Source: Balanoglossus misakiensis
Taxonomy: Eukaryota > Animalia > Hemichordata
Reading direction: 5' to 3'
DNA: 64,000 bases
NCBI GenBank assembly: GCA_040954595.2
Contig: CM082592.2
Coordinates: 5,038,735-5,102,734, forward strand
Shown here: positions 13,408-27,538 of the stretch, one piece after another
How positions within the stretch are numbered: position 1 is the stretch's first letter
Layout of the letters: every line of letters begins with the position of its first letter
The notes under the pieces: generated by a model
Told to the model about the DNA's origin: nothing
Seen by the model: only the letters and a program-made list of their open reading frames with translations
Database searches by the model: none
Translations under genes and position numbers: made by a program

Positions 13408-16400
13408 ACGTCGACGAACCATCTAACGGTCGCCGTGAGAGCTCCTTTGCAAGACATAATATGCATAATAAACGCTCATTAACAAGGTATTGCTAAATTG
13501 TCCGTTTGAACACAACCATTTCAAGACAAAACGATTGACACGTCTACATTAGCTTGCATGTTTATTCTAGCTTGCAACGCTGGAGACGGACTCCCTCGCA
13601 TCGTACGAGGACTTTGACATCCAACAGCTAGGCAAAACAATCAACACAAGATGGTGTAATTTCCAAATCGTATATCGTTAATCGGTGACACCGTGTCGGG
13701 AGCATGTCGAGTGTCGCAACGGAAGACTGCCGGAGGGTATAGGCAATATCGATCGCATCGTTTAAACGATACCCATGATGCACTGTGATGCTCAGCCATG
13801 AGCGGTTTTCTTCGGTGATACTAGTATATCCGTTACAATACAGTTCATCCACCGTACACTGACCGTTCATAATTTTCTAAGGACGACCGTAAATGATTTT
13901 CCCTCTATAGTGTAAATATGACAGCATTAAAGACGGGAAACGACCCGGGAATAGAGGGTCAATTAATCGGGAAGAATTTCACGGTCAGGATATCGAATTC
14001 CCAAATAACAATTCTTCTAAATTTCTCCGCCCGCAACTGTTTTTGCCCGTTAGTCGATTCGGCACGGTTTACGCAGGTTAAATTTTTATATGAAGACGAA
14101 ATCCCAGATGACACATTGGGTGTGTGTATTTTTGCTTAACTCTGATGATGTCATTGGGAAATTAATCACAACATAAATACTCGTCGTAAAAGTAAACTCG
14201 AAACCGAAGGCTTAGTATTTTCTCTAACCTTTTCACCACTATGGTTTCGTCCAAATCCATTGTTTTCTATGATAAATCTGGACGTCTACAGAGGCAAATG
14301 GGGGTGTAAGGGTTCAAATCATGCAATTCTTGATTCATTTCTAATCTTCCAATCCTCTCAAGCGAGCGAATATCAGCGATTTGTGACCAGTAGAAATGAT
14401 TTGATGGAACTTGCGTGTTCAAAAGCGCCACAGCCCAAATAAATGAAATTAATATTTATCCGATCCGTGTGGTGGGAGTCTGGCTGCCAGACGCGTTACT
14501 TCAGCAGATGTGGGTTGAATTTATCCGGGTACTCCCGCGCAAGACTCGGCGTCAAAGCTGTTTAATCGCACTTTAATCGCCGAGCCCTATTAGTACATCG
14601 TGTATTAACGAGACATCCCGCTGAGCGGAGTCTATACGAACACGTGCGTCTGGGCAACCGCAGACAGCCGAGGCCGGGCGATGTCTGTGAACTAACTGCA
14701 AAATGACTAAACCTATCATTGTCCCAATTAGGTGACGTTTCAGCAGCAGTACATGCGATACAATGGGAAAAGCCTGATCGCTTCTTTGATCACCGCTACG
14801 GCGAATCGTTCCGTGTAACGCGCGTGTTGAATGCTTATCAGAATCGTAGTACAGTCGTGCTTTGTATAATAGACTGCCAGTGACCAAAATGTGGACACTC
14901 GCTCTCATGCCCGATATTAGTATTATCGACTGAGACTGGGTCACTTTTCATACTTTCACACATGGAGCTATACCACAGATGTTTTACACAACTGTTACGT
15001 CATTGGCTATGGCAGAATTGCCCAGCACTAATAGCTGTGTGTCTCACCAGCTTTTAATACGGCATGTATATACCAGATGTACGACATGTGTACAGAACCT
15101 TTGCGCACTTGGGTGCATGAGTTACCACTTGCAGTTGCTCAACGCCGTATATTTGTCTGTCATACGGGTGTTTGCACCATGGACGTACCACAGCCGCATG
15201 TACCGCGTGAAGCCATAGACGTACAATGCATGCATAGCTTCACGCAGTACAGGGCCTGCATGCAAACGTCACTTGCAGATGTAGAGCGGCAAATAACCGC
15301 GAAGGGGGTCGAACAAATTGCCGGTTCAAAGAATACAATGGGTGGGTGCTCTCACCGACACTTTTCGACAATCGAACCGTAGAGCACCATACTATCTGCT
15401 GTCACCGTCACACCGCTTCCCACCGTGTGTTTAGTAACAACGCCACAACACAGAACAGAAACCTCCCCTTTTTGTGCGGTATTTTGTTTTCTTTTGTCCA
15501 TCCCCGCTATTCTGGTCCGCCTGTTCAGGGGGTAGTACAAACAGTGACCCGATAAAAGGGCGACATTGTCCACGGCAGGGGACAGTTGGTACTTCAATCC
15601 AGTTTTCGTCGACGCCTGAAAAGCAAAAAGCGTGTACGAAGTCCGGTGACACGTCGATACAATTGCTCCGCAGTCATCAATTGTCTGAGGCCCGGAGCTT
15701 TGTTCAAATATTGAGGGCCCTTCGGAGATATGTGGTTTCGTTCCAGTGCTCTGAAGTGGTCGTGTCTCAGTGCAGTCTTCTTATACGACGAGGCCTGCAA
15801 AGTGAATGTAAACAGTTGTATTAAACCCTACTCTATATTATGTTGACGAACTCAGGCTGGGCTGACTTGCCTGGTTGTCAGGCATGTACAGTGAAAAAAA
15901 TACTGTAATATAGCCATGGTTTTATGTAAGACATTTTAAATAGGAAAAACTCAACATTGGAGAGAATTCGACTCTCATATTGTCGCCGACAGTCGACTGG
16001 TTTACGCCTCAGGAACGATATGTTTTCGCGCAAAAATAGCGCAGAAAGATGCAGTTAATTCTTTAGTTTGAATGAAGCCGTGCTGACCCTATTGCAATTT
16101 ATAATGGAGTTGGAAGAGACATCTCGCTTGATACACGATTTCTGGGTCCCGAGATCTTGTGCGATTTACAACTTATTCGTCATTCTCGTGTCGAGTCGGT
16201 GATATTTTAACGCTGTAAATTATGGAGTGGCGAGCCGTGTGCGTTGTTACAGCAATACTTCACTATCGGAAATGACGGTTCTGTTATGCAGGGGAGATAT
16301 AGTAGAGAAACGTGCACATTCCGATCACATTTGTCGCTGCTGCATACCCATCCACCTTCCTAACCATGCAGTGGCCAATAACAACTGCAAGTTCGAACGA

Positions 16401-16669
16401 TGGGTTCGACGTGAAATGTGTGTCTCTCTATTCGTGATGATTGTGTCAATACACTGATGACGTCACAACGACATTGAAACGGAAGCAACGGAGTTATCTT
16501 TCGCTGTTCACCGTTTGTGTCTATTAAGGGTGACCATTCGCTCGTTATCAATACAAAAAACAGCTTTCAAAAGACAGTCAACACAAATTTCATCTCCATC
16601 AAATTGGACTATTTTACTCTGTCACAAGTAAATATCATGAATCAATAATGTTTGAAAAAATGTCCGGTA

Positions 16670-16713
16670 TAGGTAGGTAGGTAGGTAGGTAGGTAGGTAG
16701 GTAGGTAGGTAGG
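16670..16713. repeat. (TAGG)n microsatellite
   Basis: About 11 TAGG units. Confidence 0.95.
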
Positions 16714-18341
16714 CGTGCAGTTCTACGTTCTTGACTAGACAGGCTAGGAACAATTTCGCAAATTCACAGCTGAATATTTTCCCTCCCGAAATACCAATGT
16801 CAGCAAAATCGCAGCAAACAAACCGAACCACCGGCCATTGTGCCGTGTCACGAAATTCTGTAGGAATAGCCGATTGTCGGCGGGTTGATTATTGTGCGCG
16901 GCAAGTGAAAGAAAACACAGCCAACTTCCCGAAGGGAGATGAGAAATGCGTGTCTCAGGAGTGCAATCTGTATTTTGGCCAAGAATGTGTGAGTGAAGGT
17001 GTCAGAATATTTAGCAACATGCCTACGAGTCCTTTACTGTTCTTGAAACCATTACCTGCATGGTTTGTGCAAGTGGTCTTTAGCACTTCTCTCTTATTGG
17101 CTGAAATTTGTGTCGTGTGGCGTGACGTCACGTCTGCCATTTGTGTGTTTTGAGGTGACGGCGAACCTTTTCAATCATACAATAGGACGACAGGTCGCAT
17201 ATTAACACTTTGTTTTGACGCCAGCATCTTGATTTTGCGTGCGAGTACCACGCCTCATAATTATCCAGTTACGCATCGGAAGGCGAAACTCTCCCAGCGC
17301 CCATATACCGACACTGCAGCTGCCGTAGAACTTTAATCAACGCGTTAAATTTCAAATTTCACTGTTCACACGACCGACGAGTGTGTATGTACGGTTCACT
17401 GGTACTTTCAACTAATTGTGTCAAATCTCGTTTGTGAATATCGGTAAGAGTCTGATTAATACGAGTGAGCTGAAAGGCGAGCCGAATACACGTGTACTGA
17501 TTATCCGATGACAAAGTGTATCACGATTCGCACTGGTGTACCCAGACCTTTACTTATCCTTTACATGGTGAATACACAACCGTTCATTTTAATACATCAG
17601 CCCATTTTTCTAAGCCAATCAATTATTGAGACGTTCAAGCAAAAACAAGCCGTCATCACTTTTGTCGACTATCCGATCCATCAATGCATCTTGTCAATCA
17701 ACCGTCCCAGCATAGCACGACAGCATCTCTCCATCAAGCTGTCGTCCAGGATATCAATCAGGGTCCAGTATTGGCTGAGTCAGTGAAACAAATACGCTCC
17801 CAGATCAGCTATTTGCACGATGTATTGGCGTTCGCTGTGGGGTATACCGAAGATGAGTAGGGATATCTCGAGGGGGTGTTTTTTTTTTGCTAGGCCAACG
17901 ATCCCTTCCAGAGAACTATCGCGTGGCATGTTTTCAAGGGAATATGCAGACAAAGGGAAGGGTCGCCCTCACGAGTGAGACACATTGTGTCATATCACCC
18001 TTTTCGCATCGGTGGTAGGTGAGGGGGTAAATAAACCCGCCATTAATTGCAAGCCAAGTTTGGGAGAAGAAAAACATAAATGAAACCATAGCTGCATCAT
18101 CGCTGTTGTTGCCTGTCGCCCAGGCATTCCTCGACTCTTCGTAAGCGTGACGGCTGCGACAAATGCCGAACAGTTGCTGGAGTCCCGGCCCTGGTCAGCG
18201 AGTTCCCGTCACCTCTCGTCTGCAAGGGTCAGGACGATTCCCATCACCATAAATTACTCCGTACATGATGGCTTTCGGAGATATCGCTCGGTATTCCGTG
18301 TATCCACTTCTATCAAACTGTTTGACATTGCTGGAATACCC

Positions 18342-18414
18342 ATGCCCCGAGGCAGTCTTGCGACGTTGTCAATTGTTTGCATTCTTCAACTCGTCTCTCC
18401 TGCGCAAGGCACAG
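18342..18414 (+). other. Possible degenerate signal-peptide first exon without a canonical donor
   Basis: MPRGSLATLSIVCILQLVSPAQG(T); phase-1 boundaries fall at AAG|GCACAG (18408) or CAG|ATAAGC (18414), neither a GT donor. Confidence 0.25.
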
Positions 18415-20929
18415 ATAAGCGCGTTCATGTCAACTCCCCCCCCCTCGGGAACTCTGTGTCCCAGGTATACAATCATTGAGATACACAGCCATACACCCAC
18501 CTTACAAAAAGGCAGCTAATTTAGGACCAAGGTACAAGCTACGCGGTACTGGAGATAATACTTGTTGTGTTGTAACTGTAACAGTCACGTGACACCTGTC
18601 AACCATTTTAGCAACAGCGTTGAGTCGCCCAGTGCTATACTTGCGCAAACAAAGCCCCATATGGAAATTAAATGAAATGAAAAGAAGTGAAATACAGCCT
18701 TCATTACTGAAATGACTTTAAGTTCGCTCTTGAATATTAAAATTTAATTTAATGATGGCCAGCGGCATCATTCCACTTTCGAATAATTGCCATGATTAAA
18801 CGTGCAACATCCACGGTCACAACAAATCACTACAAAGTCAGTGTTGCGGCCTAAACGCAACGCCCTTCTAAATCTATCAACTTCACTTCATCTGCACCCA
18901 ATTAATCTTGATTGAGTATTGTCATTTTAATTGATTTTTTCCATCCCATCTCGACACTCGATAAAATCAGTTTGATAAAGTCAGCATGCCGTCAGCAGTA
19001 TCATGATGTCGAATGCGAGTCCGATAATCGTGAAGTTATTCCTTTTCGACAGACTGACGGTGGTTTGATTGTGTGAACATTGAACTTGACCTCGTTACTG
19101 AATAGCATGGGAGCGCGGAAATATGGCTATTGCGTCCGAGTATTACTTATTCATGCTTTAAACATTCAAAAATGATGGAGAGTGAAGAGCTTGAGAGACT
19201 CCAGCTGCTGTGTGAGTCCTCTATTGGCCCGGTGTATTGGCACCCGTTTTGTGGTTTGAATTTAAAATGAAGGCTTTGGCTGCATGTGTGTAAGCGATTC
19301 TAGAAATCCGACGACTGGTGATCGACAAATTTGATTTCAACTGACCAGCCGGAATCGGTGAATAGTCATTATTCAGGTATTTCTTGGGGCGGTGTCGTTC
19401 TGGTGAATGTACGGGAGAGGCATCTGGTCCGGCCAACCGTTGCAGCGAATAAAAAAACACCACCATTGTTCGGTGTTGGATCGCCATCGATTTTTTTTTG
19501 GCACCGGTTCGGCCATTGACAGTTGGTGGGAGACTGTCCAGGATTTGATCAAATCGAAGTGTCTGACATGTTATGGGGAAACAATAGAGAGATTAACATT
19601 GTCCAGGCAATAATTGCTCTCTCCGCGTTGGTCTTTCGCCTGCAGTCGTTGATCGGATAACTGCTCGCCCCTTTCCTCACAGTTGTCCAGGGGAAAAAAG
19701 ACCGCTCTGGTTATGTTACGTGAGCAATACAAGAACCCGTTGTCGGAATACAACGGCCCTTGTTTCTTCAAAGCCACCTTGTTAGCCCATGGGCAGGTGG
19801 GGGCCGCTTTGTGATACGGTACCCTCGGCGTTAGTTGTGTGACATTGTTCTAAGCCGCACTTTCCTATTGTACCGCTGAATATGTACAGAATGTATGTAC
19901 CTGTTTTGCAATAGCTAACCCAACTTGGATGACAATCGAAAATAAACGCTTTAATTAAGCGAGGGGTGTAAATTTACCTTTTTCTAATTAAGAAGCATAT
20001 TCCGATCTCTGGAATCGCTAATGAATAAATTCCACCGCTCACTCAAATCACGCTGCCGACTGCTGTGTAGTGTGATAGAATCACAACCGCCTATAGCCCA
20101 GGGTATAACCGTTACCCCCCCCCAAAAAAAAAAAAAAACTGTTTGGGTGACGTTGTTGTGATTCCGTGATTGCTAGCGGTGAAGAGAGAGAGTGAGCCGG
20201 ACTTTTAATTAGCCCGAGCCACTCTTGATATCCACTGGTGATTTTATTCTCTTTATGCGCGAGTAATTAGACCAGGGCTTGAATTCCAGGTTGACGCTCT
20301 GCTTACAAAATGCTGTGACTGTTGCATCTAAGAATGTGGAGTTTGAAGCACCGAAATCGACTAGTTGTGCCAATTGATAAACTAACTTCATTTTTTTAAT
20401 CCACGAGGCTTTTCGTAAATATAACATATCACAGTTAGTGTCACTGAATATTTGTAGCGTGACGTGAATTAAGACAATCGAAAAAGCTTCACTTCGCGCT
20501 CGCACGATTAATGACCATCGTATCGAAGGCACTTTGTAAGTAACCAGAAGATTAAAGTACGTGTACTATTTTCTGTCACGCTACAATTTATCGTTGCATT
20601 TGCCAGCTTTCTAATCTGGAGAGTTATGAGTTATACGGCAATGTCTACGGATGGCCCATTTGTCAATAACTCAGTAGTAGCCAATACATTCTTCCCGTCA
20701 CCCTCGTAATGCGGCCACATATAGTATTATTCTATAATATCAATTACTACAAAAACTGTAAGACTCATCTGAATAAACGATAGCCTGTACTTGTGTCTCG
20801 TAAAATAGCATTGCTTTCATTCTAGATCTAAATTTCTTCCCCTCTGTCGAATCAATTTCCTAAAAAGTAACATATTCTGGGACGAGGTCGTATGCAAAGT
20901 TTGGATTGAGCGGGTTGATAGATAGATGA

Positions 20930-21491
20930 CAATCTTTCTTCCAGAATTTAGAATAGGGTTGGTGACGAACGAATTTGAACATTATTAGGGCCAGCGAGCC
21001 AGATGATCTACTTTAAGACTGTTGCATTCGCCTGTGCTACCGATGGCGCCTCCGTATAATAACTTCAGAACCGCTGGGCAGTCTCGTTCTGGAAAGTTGA
21101 CGAGTCCGGGTCTTGATTAATGGCCGACGAAAGTAGGCGAACGCACACTTAACGATCACATAGACCAAGCGTAAAGATGCTAGCAAGAAAGACGATGCAC
21201 TCGGTTTCAAATACTAGTAAACAACAACTATCTATGCAGAAAGTTAAAGATTCGTCTGCTTGTGGTTCATTCCCAAATAGCTTTAATCAGAACCCCACTT
21301 GTCGCAGGAGCGAACACACAACCGCAGAATATGCCAAGCTCATCATACAAGATTTACAGATATTGCAGTCAGAACTGCTGCCTTACTGGCGTCGGCCGAT
21401 CGACTCGGGCCAAAGTAATTTGTACCGACTCGTCATCTATTCCGAGGCGCGCGGAGATAACTTTCAAATGACATTCGCACATGTCTGGTAG
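20930..21491 (+). pseudogene. Heavily decayed transposase-like fragment (DUF6589/Academ-like, tentative)
   Basis: Interrupted peptides VGDERI..QMIYFKT, WK..SG, VKMLARKTMHSVSNTSK, RSEHTTAEYAKLIIQDLQ appear in the order I recall for DUF6589 C-terminal motifs; several stops; not confirmed by a search. Confidence 0.25.
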
Positions 21492-22066
21492 ATGAATCTG
21501 GCGAACTGTTCTTTCCGCCAGTATCAGCCGCTAGATGCCTTCCAGTGTTCGACTGGACTAGAAATACACAGGGCATATACTTTTCGTGCAATCTGTGAAT
21601 AAGGTAGTGCTAAAAGTAGAAATAATACCTGTTTACAGAAAAACACTGCCTTACTAATAAACCCAAATACCTCTAGCATTGTCGCACACCTGTGCATGGG
21701 TCCTCATTTTAATATCCGTTTTAATTGAAAAGTCGTAGAACGTTTTATTCTGCACCAGCTGAATTAAAAGCTCATTAAAGTCTTGCTTAAGGTAACCACA
21801 CAGAACACCAAATCCACCGAAAATAGACGAACGATGCGTATTCATTAAATGCACGCAATGACAACTAAAATCCTTCGTCGGGGTGGCAAATGCATGCATT
21901 ACATATAATAGTCGGTGTACAATCCGCCGACTGATCAGCCGAATTAATTCAGCGGCACACACCAAGTGTTTTAAAAGTCGAGAACAATGTTCTATCTCTG
22001 TGAAAGGTCGGGTATGCCACTTCGCGAAGTATCGTGCTGAGTCGTGGCAATTTTGCTTGATTTACA

Positions 22067-23310
22067 CATAGACCCTAGAGAAACGGGACAGGAAAGGGCG
22101 GCAAACATCAAAGGAAAAGGGGATTAGCCGGTTTTGAACCTAAATGGAATAATTACAAAAGGTGTCAATCGGTCGTGGATGGGCGATCGTCAGTGTCCAA
22201 CACCCCTGACTGCTTTGCAGACGACAAGTAATCTTAGTGATCTTCGGAATACAATTGTTGTTTGATGCCGGTCGAATCCCGCCGATTTTTGCTGCAATTT
22301 TAAACATTATATAACTTAATTTCTTCCAATAATGGTCTCGAATAAACTTTTAATGTCTTCATTTGAAGACAGACAATTATTGAAAACACTCATGGCCAAG
22401 AGATTATTTTTTGGTCGTGATATCTGACTCTGAATTTTAACCCGAATCGCATATCGTCGCGACGCCGAATATCGTGTTGTAGAAGTCATCGCGGAGATTG
22501 TGACCGTTTTTCTGTAAGAAGACAATCCGTCGATCGGAAATTCTTTAAAATATGAAATCTTCAGCATACAAGAAGTGCTACGATGTGTTTCATTGTTAAA
22601 CTGTTTGTGTTAATTTTACGTTTGCCGTCAAAAAGAACATTGCGTAGTACTTCCGGTTGCGTGTAGTGTAAAATTTCATGCTGCCGATTGGGTCCTTTTT
22701 TTACGGAAGATATTCCTTGAATGTCTTAACCTCTTATTTTATTGTTGTTACCATGTAATTGTGGGTGTATTGGTGGGGTTTTACGCAGATATTTCACATT
22801 CAGTTGAAAGAAAAAAAGAAGTCAACTTGTTTAGTTTTGAACGCTTTATCACACACACTGCATAGGATACTTCCGGCATTTGCGGTCATGTACTGGTCTA
22901 AATACCGCAAATTTCGGCGGCCAGTTGAGGTCGAAAATGGTTTTGAGTCTTCTGAACGAGTTTCGTCTTCGCTTACATCGCTATCTGAACACCCATTTGT
23001 GTCTTCCTCGGAGAAAACGTCCACAAACTCGTCGTCATCGCTGTGGCAGATAGCGACCATTTCTGTCAGTGCTGGTGGTGTAAACAATCCAGGCTGTTCA
23101 CGTCTCATGAAATCTCGAGAAATGCGTGATTTGGGGTGTTTCGCATGATCTCGTCTCGTGTTTCGCGGGATTTCGCGTTATTCAGGCCGTAAATGGGATT
23201 AGATAAGCGGGCGGAGTCCAACACCTGTGCAAACACTAGTTAATGTATTCCAACCAAGAGGCTACAAAGAAAGAGGCGTTGTTTCCTGTCCTTTTTCTCT
23301 AGGGTCTATG
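22067..23310. mobile_element. 1244-bp TIR DNA transposon, P-element-like termini (CATAG...CTATG), 7-bp TSD
   Basis: Left CATAGACCCTAGAGAAACGGGACAGGAAA vs reverse complement of right end CATAGACCCTAGAGAAAAAGGACAGGAAA (27/29); ATTTACA duplicated at 22060-22066 and 23311-23317. Confidence 0.85.
22800..23108 (-). pseudogene. Acidic tract plus truncated C2H2 zinc-finger fragment inside the TIR element
   Basis: ...SDDDEFVDVFSEEDTNGCSDSDVSEDE... then CSVCDKAFKTKQ (C-x2-C-x3-F); the His pair is missing. Confidence 0.45.
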
Positions 23311-26300
23311 ATTTACACAAAGGTGGCCTTTAATCGTAATATACCTGTACCCTTGTTTTAGAGTCGTCGGGGGGGGGGGGGGCTTGTACATTTCATTGTT
23401 ATTGCGCGGTGAGTCTGAATTGAAGGCCGCGATAGTCTTTTTAAGTGTGTTACCACCATTTTAAGTAGGTGTTGTTGACATCGTGCCATGAAAACGAAAC
23501 CCGAGTAACCATGAACAGCCGAGACGCACCTTTGCGATAAATACGGCAGAGCCGGAAAGGTCACGTGGAGGCGCTTAATGCGCTAAGATCTTTCATGCAC
23601 CCACCATTACGCAACAAGCGCCATTTTCCCCCTGGCCCCGTGCGTGATTGGCTGGATTGACTCCACGTGACGGCCCCTAAAACCGCAAACAGGCCATAAA
23701 CAGGTGCCCTTTAATCGACACTCTTTATCGCAGGTAGTGGCCATTTGTTTTTAACTCCAAATGTAAAACTCGCGGTGGTGTAAAGTTGTGGTCCGATGCG
23801 AATCGATTTTCACATTTTTGAATTAGACGGCCTTCTCTGAGTCAGCGTTGCCTCAAATTACCCACCGCCGACGTGTCCAAATGTTTGTCAGAAAACTGAA
23901 CCTCCTCGATAAATTCTTCAGGAAATTTTGACTGTTATTGTCGCAGCATCTCGCTGATTACCAGAATGCTTGCCATTCTCGCATCTGCGAAAGTGATCGC
24001 AGTTCCACGGGAGAGAGCAGCGGTCTGTAGACGCCAGCCCAATTTGTTAGCGGGTCTTAAAGCTATAAAATTTCAACGGTGGAAATTTATTACTGGGTAT
24101 AAATAGAAAATAGACCGAGGGGGCCTCATTTGCGAATCTTCCTGAAAGGAGATAATTTTACGTAAAGAGAATATTAAAGAAAGCAGTTGATACTGACCCA
24201 TTTATCGCCCTCCATTATGGCCGCTAATTCATTTCGCATCTGACACAAAAACGCTTTTGGATCGAAGTTTTTTTATTAAAGTGAGGGCACCGACTCTTTG
24301 CGCTGCGGCTGGATAATGGAATAACGCGAAGTGGGAACTTGAGAGATGCGAAATATCGTCGCATAACTTGACCGGGTGTTTTTTTCTATGGCTGTGTGAC
24401 AAGCTCCGAAAATTCCAGGACTTGTCGACGCGAAATGTGTCGCATTCCAGTCGTCATGGCGGGTGTGAATGAGGAACTTTACGAGGTGTCACGTTATGTG
24501 TGAGTGTTTTCCCCGTATCATCGCTTCTCAAAAACAAAAACAACAACGACAACAGGAAATATCATTACACCACTAGCGATACGTGATGTTTTTCACGATT
24601 AGACATCTATTGGCGTGGTTTAAAATAAATGCGTGAGGTTATTTTTCGCTTGTTATATTGCAAGTGCACGTGAAATGACTGGCCGCAAGAAATATAGTTT
24701 GGAGATAGTTTTTTTATTATTACGCGTACTGACTTTCTCAGTTTGAAGTTGATTGAACGCTTTGAATAGAATTTTACCTGCTAGCCATTTCTGACCTGAG
24801 AACCAACCAGTTTTTATAAATAAACCATGTAAATAAACCATGACGACCGCGGTTCACCGCTGTTAATACGTTTTCTCAGCGTTTCCAAAGTGTTGGTAAT
24901 AACAATCGGCGTAAGGAGATATTCCGAGAGATTCATTTTGACTCACGTGTGCCACCATGTCATAATGTTCACAGGAATCAAACGCAAAATGACGCATCCA
25001 ACATGCTTATGTACTCTAGGATTGAAGTAATATGTGACTTGTTTGACTTGTAAGGAAATGATGTGTATTTCGGCAAATTGCAGATTCACAGAATATACTG
25101 AAGAGCTATTAACAAAGTATATTCACTATAGATGAATAGATCTCTATTAACATTCTGAAGTGACCATAGGCATAACATTGGAAAATTGAAAATTAGTTCT
25201 ACCAATCGCTTAATGCATTCTGTAGAAACAAGAATTCGTTTCTGGTGCTTCAAATTACTGTTTCAATGATTCACCGTGTGACATGCAGATGCACTGTTTG
25301 CATCAATGTGATCTCTGTATAAGCTAAAACGTATAATCCCATCCCATCTAATCCAGTTTGACCTGACTTCCATGCCGAATGTACCCGTTTCAGTTGACCA
25401 TCTCAACTTCTTTAATACTGTCGAAAATTAATCCATGAACACTGACCGAAGTCGTGATTATATTAATAACCAGCGAATGGAGACGGTTGGTTGAGGTCAG
25501 TTGTATACGTGCGCGGTGCTGTGTTGTGCCAATTGATAGTTTGAAATTTAATTGGTAACGTTAAATTATTTTAATTTTAATTTTTAAAATGACATAGAAC
25601 GTATCACCTTCACTCGGTCAGTAGTCCCCTCCGACGCAATCGGGGTGGGGGAGAGCTTGAGGATTGAGCACAACTCGTCTGTCTGTCCGAACTATTACCT
25701 ATAAACATGGTTGTACTTGTTCCATCGGAAATCCGTACAAGCACATACATGTGTACGTCAACATGTGTTGTGGCCAATCAGGCTGCCGGGCGGCCATTTT
25801 GATGAAAATTTCTTTGACTGGTTTCTTCGCAAACGGCCACTTTTTTTAACCGGTTTGATCAAACAGGGACTGTGACATTGATAATAACTCGTTCTCTGGT
25901 ATCAACGATACGTCATGGGTGACTGTTATTTCTGTAACTTGTTTCCAACTTAAACAGTACTTTGCGTGTTTGACACGCACTTTCACTTGTCAGCTTTTTA
26001 GACTCATTCACTCAGGCGTCCTCGTGACTGTCTGAAAGCAACATTCACGAGTTCGGCACGAATTTATTGAAAGTTTACACGACACCTCACAATTTCTGCA
26101 TTTTAAGACAACGCAACCTGCCACGCAAAATGACGACAAAACCAGAAAAACGCAAAAACGGATCAAAGCAAGCCACGGCATCGATTCCCGTTTCTTCTGT
26201 CCTTTTTAATAACTGTGAACGAATTTGTTCATTTCAGTCATCACCTAATTAAATTTACCGAAGGTTGATTTAATTAACCGAAGTATTAATTTCCTTCCAG

Positions 26301-27045
26301 GGGCGTTCCCCGAGCCGTCATAATTTTACGTCCAAACAAAAATTCAAAGACCAGGCATGTCGCCAGGAAGCGTTCCAATTACCTTTTCCATCAGCCCAGT
26401 CCAAGGATATGTTTTACCGATCAGAATAAAAATTCCGAGGCGAAAAAACAAAGCGATTTATCAATCATGGTGCGTCTGCTTATTCAGATGCTGCCATAAA
26501 TTAACGCCGGTCGCCATTCCGTGCAGCATAGGGTCAGGGGGACCCCGTGACCTTGATTAATTGCAGTTTTTACCTCACTTCCGCTAATGACCCTTGCTTC
26601 CTGTTATCTTTCGTCGAATCGCATGATGGATTTCGTCATCCGTCATCTCGGGCTAATAGCCCCGGTAATTGATGACAAATCGGTGACAGCGTATAGGCCG
26701 ACGTACATGACGTCAGCGCTCGGAGCGGCGTGTATACCTGTTCAACGCTTATGCGTTATTTCGACCGTTTTTCCCGGAGGTTCTACGGGCTAAGCTCGTC
26801 ACATTTCTCCCCGTACTAAAATTATTATATTAATTTGGTATGGCGGTCTAATGAAAATGACGTCATAGCACCAAGCGAAATGTAATCACCATCAGAGCTA
26901 AACAATGGATACCAGTTAATAAATTAATTATGGTGGTAGGGTCGTAATGGAATAATTAGCCGCAACCAATATTTATGAAAGGGAGCAATCGAACCGGTTG
27001 CTGCAGTGACCATAGATTAAATAATGACCGAAGCTACTCAACCAG

Positions 27046-27105
27046 ACAGTGAGTCAGTGTGTCAGTCAGTCAGTTAATCAATCAATCAATCAGTCAATCA
27101 GTCAG

Positions 27106-27145
<40 letters not shown>

Positions 27146-27230
27146 CCAGTCAACCAGTCACTCGATCAATCATAGATAGATAGAGAGAGAGATAGAGAGA
27201 TAGATAGAGATAGATAGAGATGTATGTATG
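27046..27230. repeat. Compound TCAG/TCAA/GATA microsatellite
   Basis: Successive TCAG, TCAA and GATA/GA runs. Confidence 0.9.
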
Positions 27231-27526
27231 GTGCGTATAGAAAATTTTATTCTATTTAGAAAACTAATTGATGTATGTTACTAGTAATGCCACCGTCCAC
27301 GTCAGATATATTGCTGTATCTTCCAGAATATATTCCACATAGTCCATTATTCTGTCCTGTCCCATTCCTTCCGGTAAACGAGTCACGGAATTAATTTGAC
27401 GTGACTCTAAAGAAGTGGGAATGATATTTCCTCTAAAGGTTGCAACTCGAGGGAGTCGACGCAAAATATTGGGCATGCGTACGGCAAGAGAAAGACGATC
27501 ATATTTTACGCTATTAAGATAGCACA

Positions 27527-27538
27527 GGCGCATGCGCC
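27527..27538. promoter_or_regulatory. NRF1-type palindrome upstream of nAChR gene 1 exon 1
   Basis: GGCGCATGCGCC (GCGCATGCGC core) about 220 bp before the ATG at 27760. Confidence 0.4.

Noticed and set aside
22262-22290. GGTCGAATCCC B-box-like motif (tRNA/SINE)
   Set aside because: No A-box or cloverleaf; lies inside the TIR element.
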